Of a stretch of DNA of 44,902 bases, positions 44,793 to 44,902 are shown in pieces; position 1 is the first letter of the stretch, and every line of letters starts with the position of its first letter. The stretch spans positions 1 through 44,902 of the forward strand of contig CAZYVS010000005.1 of NCBI GenBank assembly GCA_964651655.1, given 5' to 3'. The position numbers and the translations under genes are program-made. The notes under the pieces were generated by a model. The model searched no databases, was not told where the DNA came from, and was given only the letters and a program-made list of their open reading frames with translations. Origin of the DNA: an uncultured Candidatus Saccharibacteria bacterium (GTDB taxonomy: Bacteria > Patescibacteriota > Minisyncoccia > Phycocordibacterales > Zambryskibacteraceae).

Positions 44793-44902
44793 CTTTGTGC
44801 CTCCGTTCGTATCTGTGGTATGACCCCGTTTTTCTAGTCGCAGAGTCCCTGCCTAGACCGCGCTTCGCGCGGTTGCAGTCGGGCGGCAATTCCTTCCCCC
44901 AA

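Overview
Chromosomal segment of a small-genome bacterium, most likely Patescibacteria/CPR (Parcubacteria-like). This is inferred from the compact genes, rarity of Shine-Dalgarno sites and shortened housekeeping proteins; the genetic code is standard, with TGA used as stop. Core genes are typA, a minimal hisS, an unusual rpoB-rpoC-dnaG-rpoD run, trmD-khpA-rpsP, prfB and three tRNAs (Thr-CGT, Thr-GGT, Asp-GTC). Accessory content is a metal/copper-handling cluster (ZIP, DUF1573, CcdA-like, Cys/His proteins, P1B ATPase), a fatty-acid desaturase and an acyl carrier protein, a defence-like island between rpoB and trmD (LexA-like repressor, YjzC, putative TA pair, HNH, MmeI-type RM enzyme), a second TA pair, a CcdA-TlpA-DUF3105-DUF3179 redox cluster, a tRNA-flanked surface-protein cassette and a GIY-YIG nuclease with a structured, repeated upstream region. 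The strongest unannotated signals are: (i) a ~280-nt multi-domain structured RNA candidate with its own promoter and terminator (about 17285-17595), head-to-head with a two-nuclease DUF2779 gene; (ii) a 6S-like rod RNA (about 10436-10607); (iii) at least eight short palindromic elements inserted in frame inside protein genes; (iv) a LexA with Asp at the cleavage-site Gly position; (v) many apparently leaderless genes. All structures were paired by eye and all family names come from motif recognition; no database search or folding program was run.
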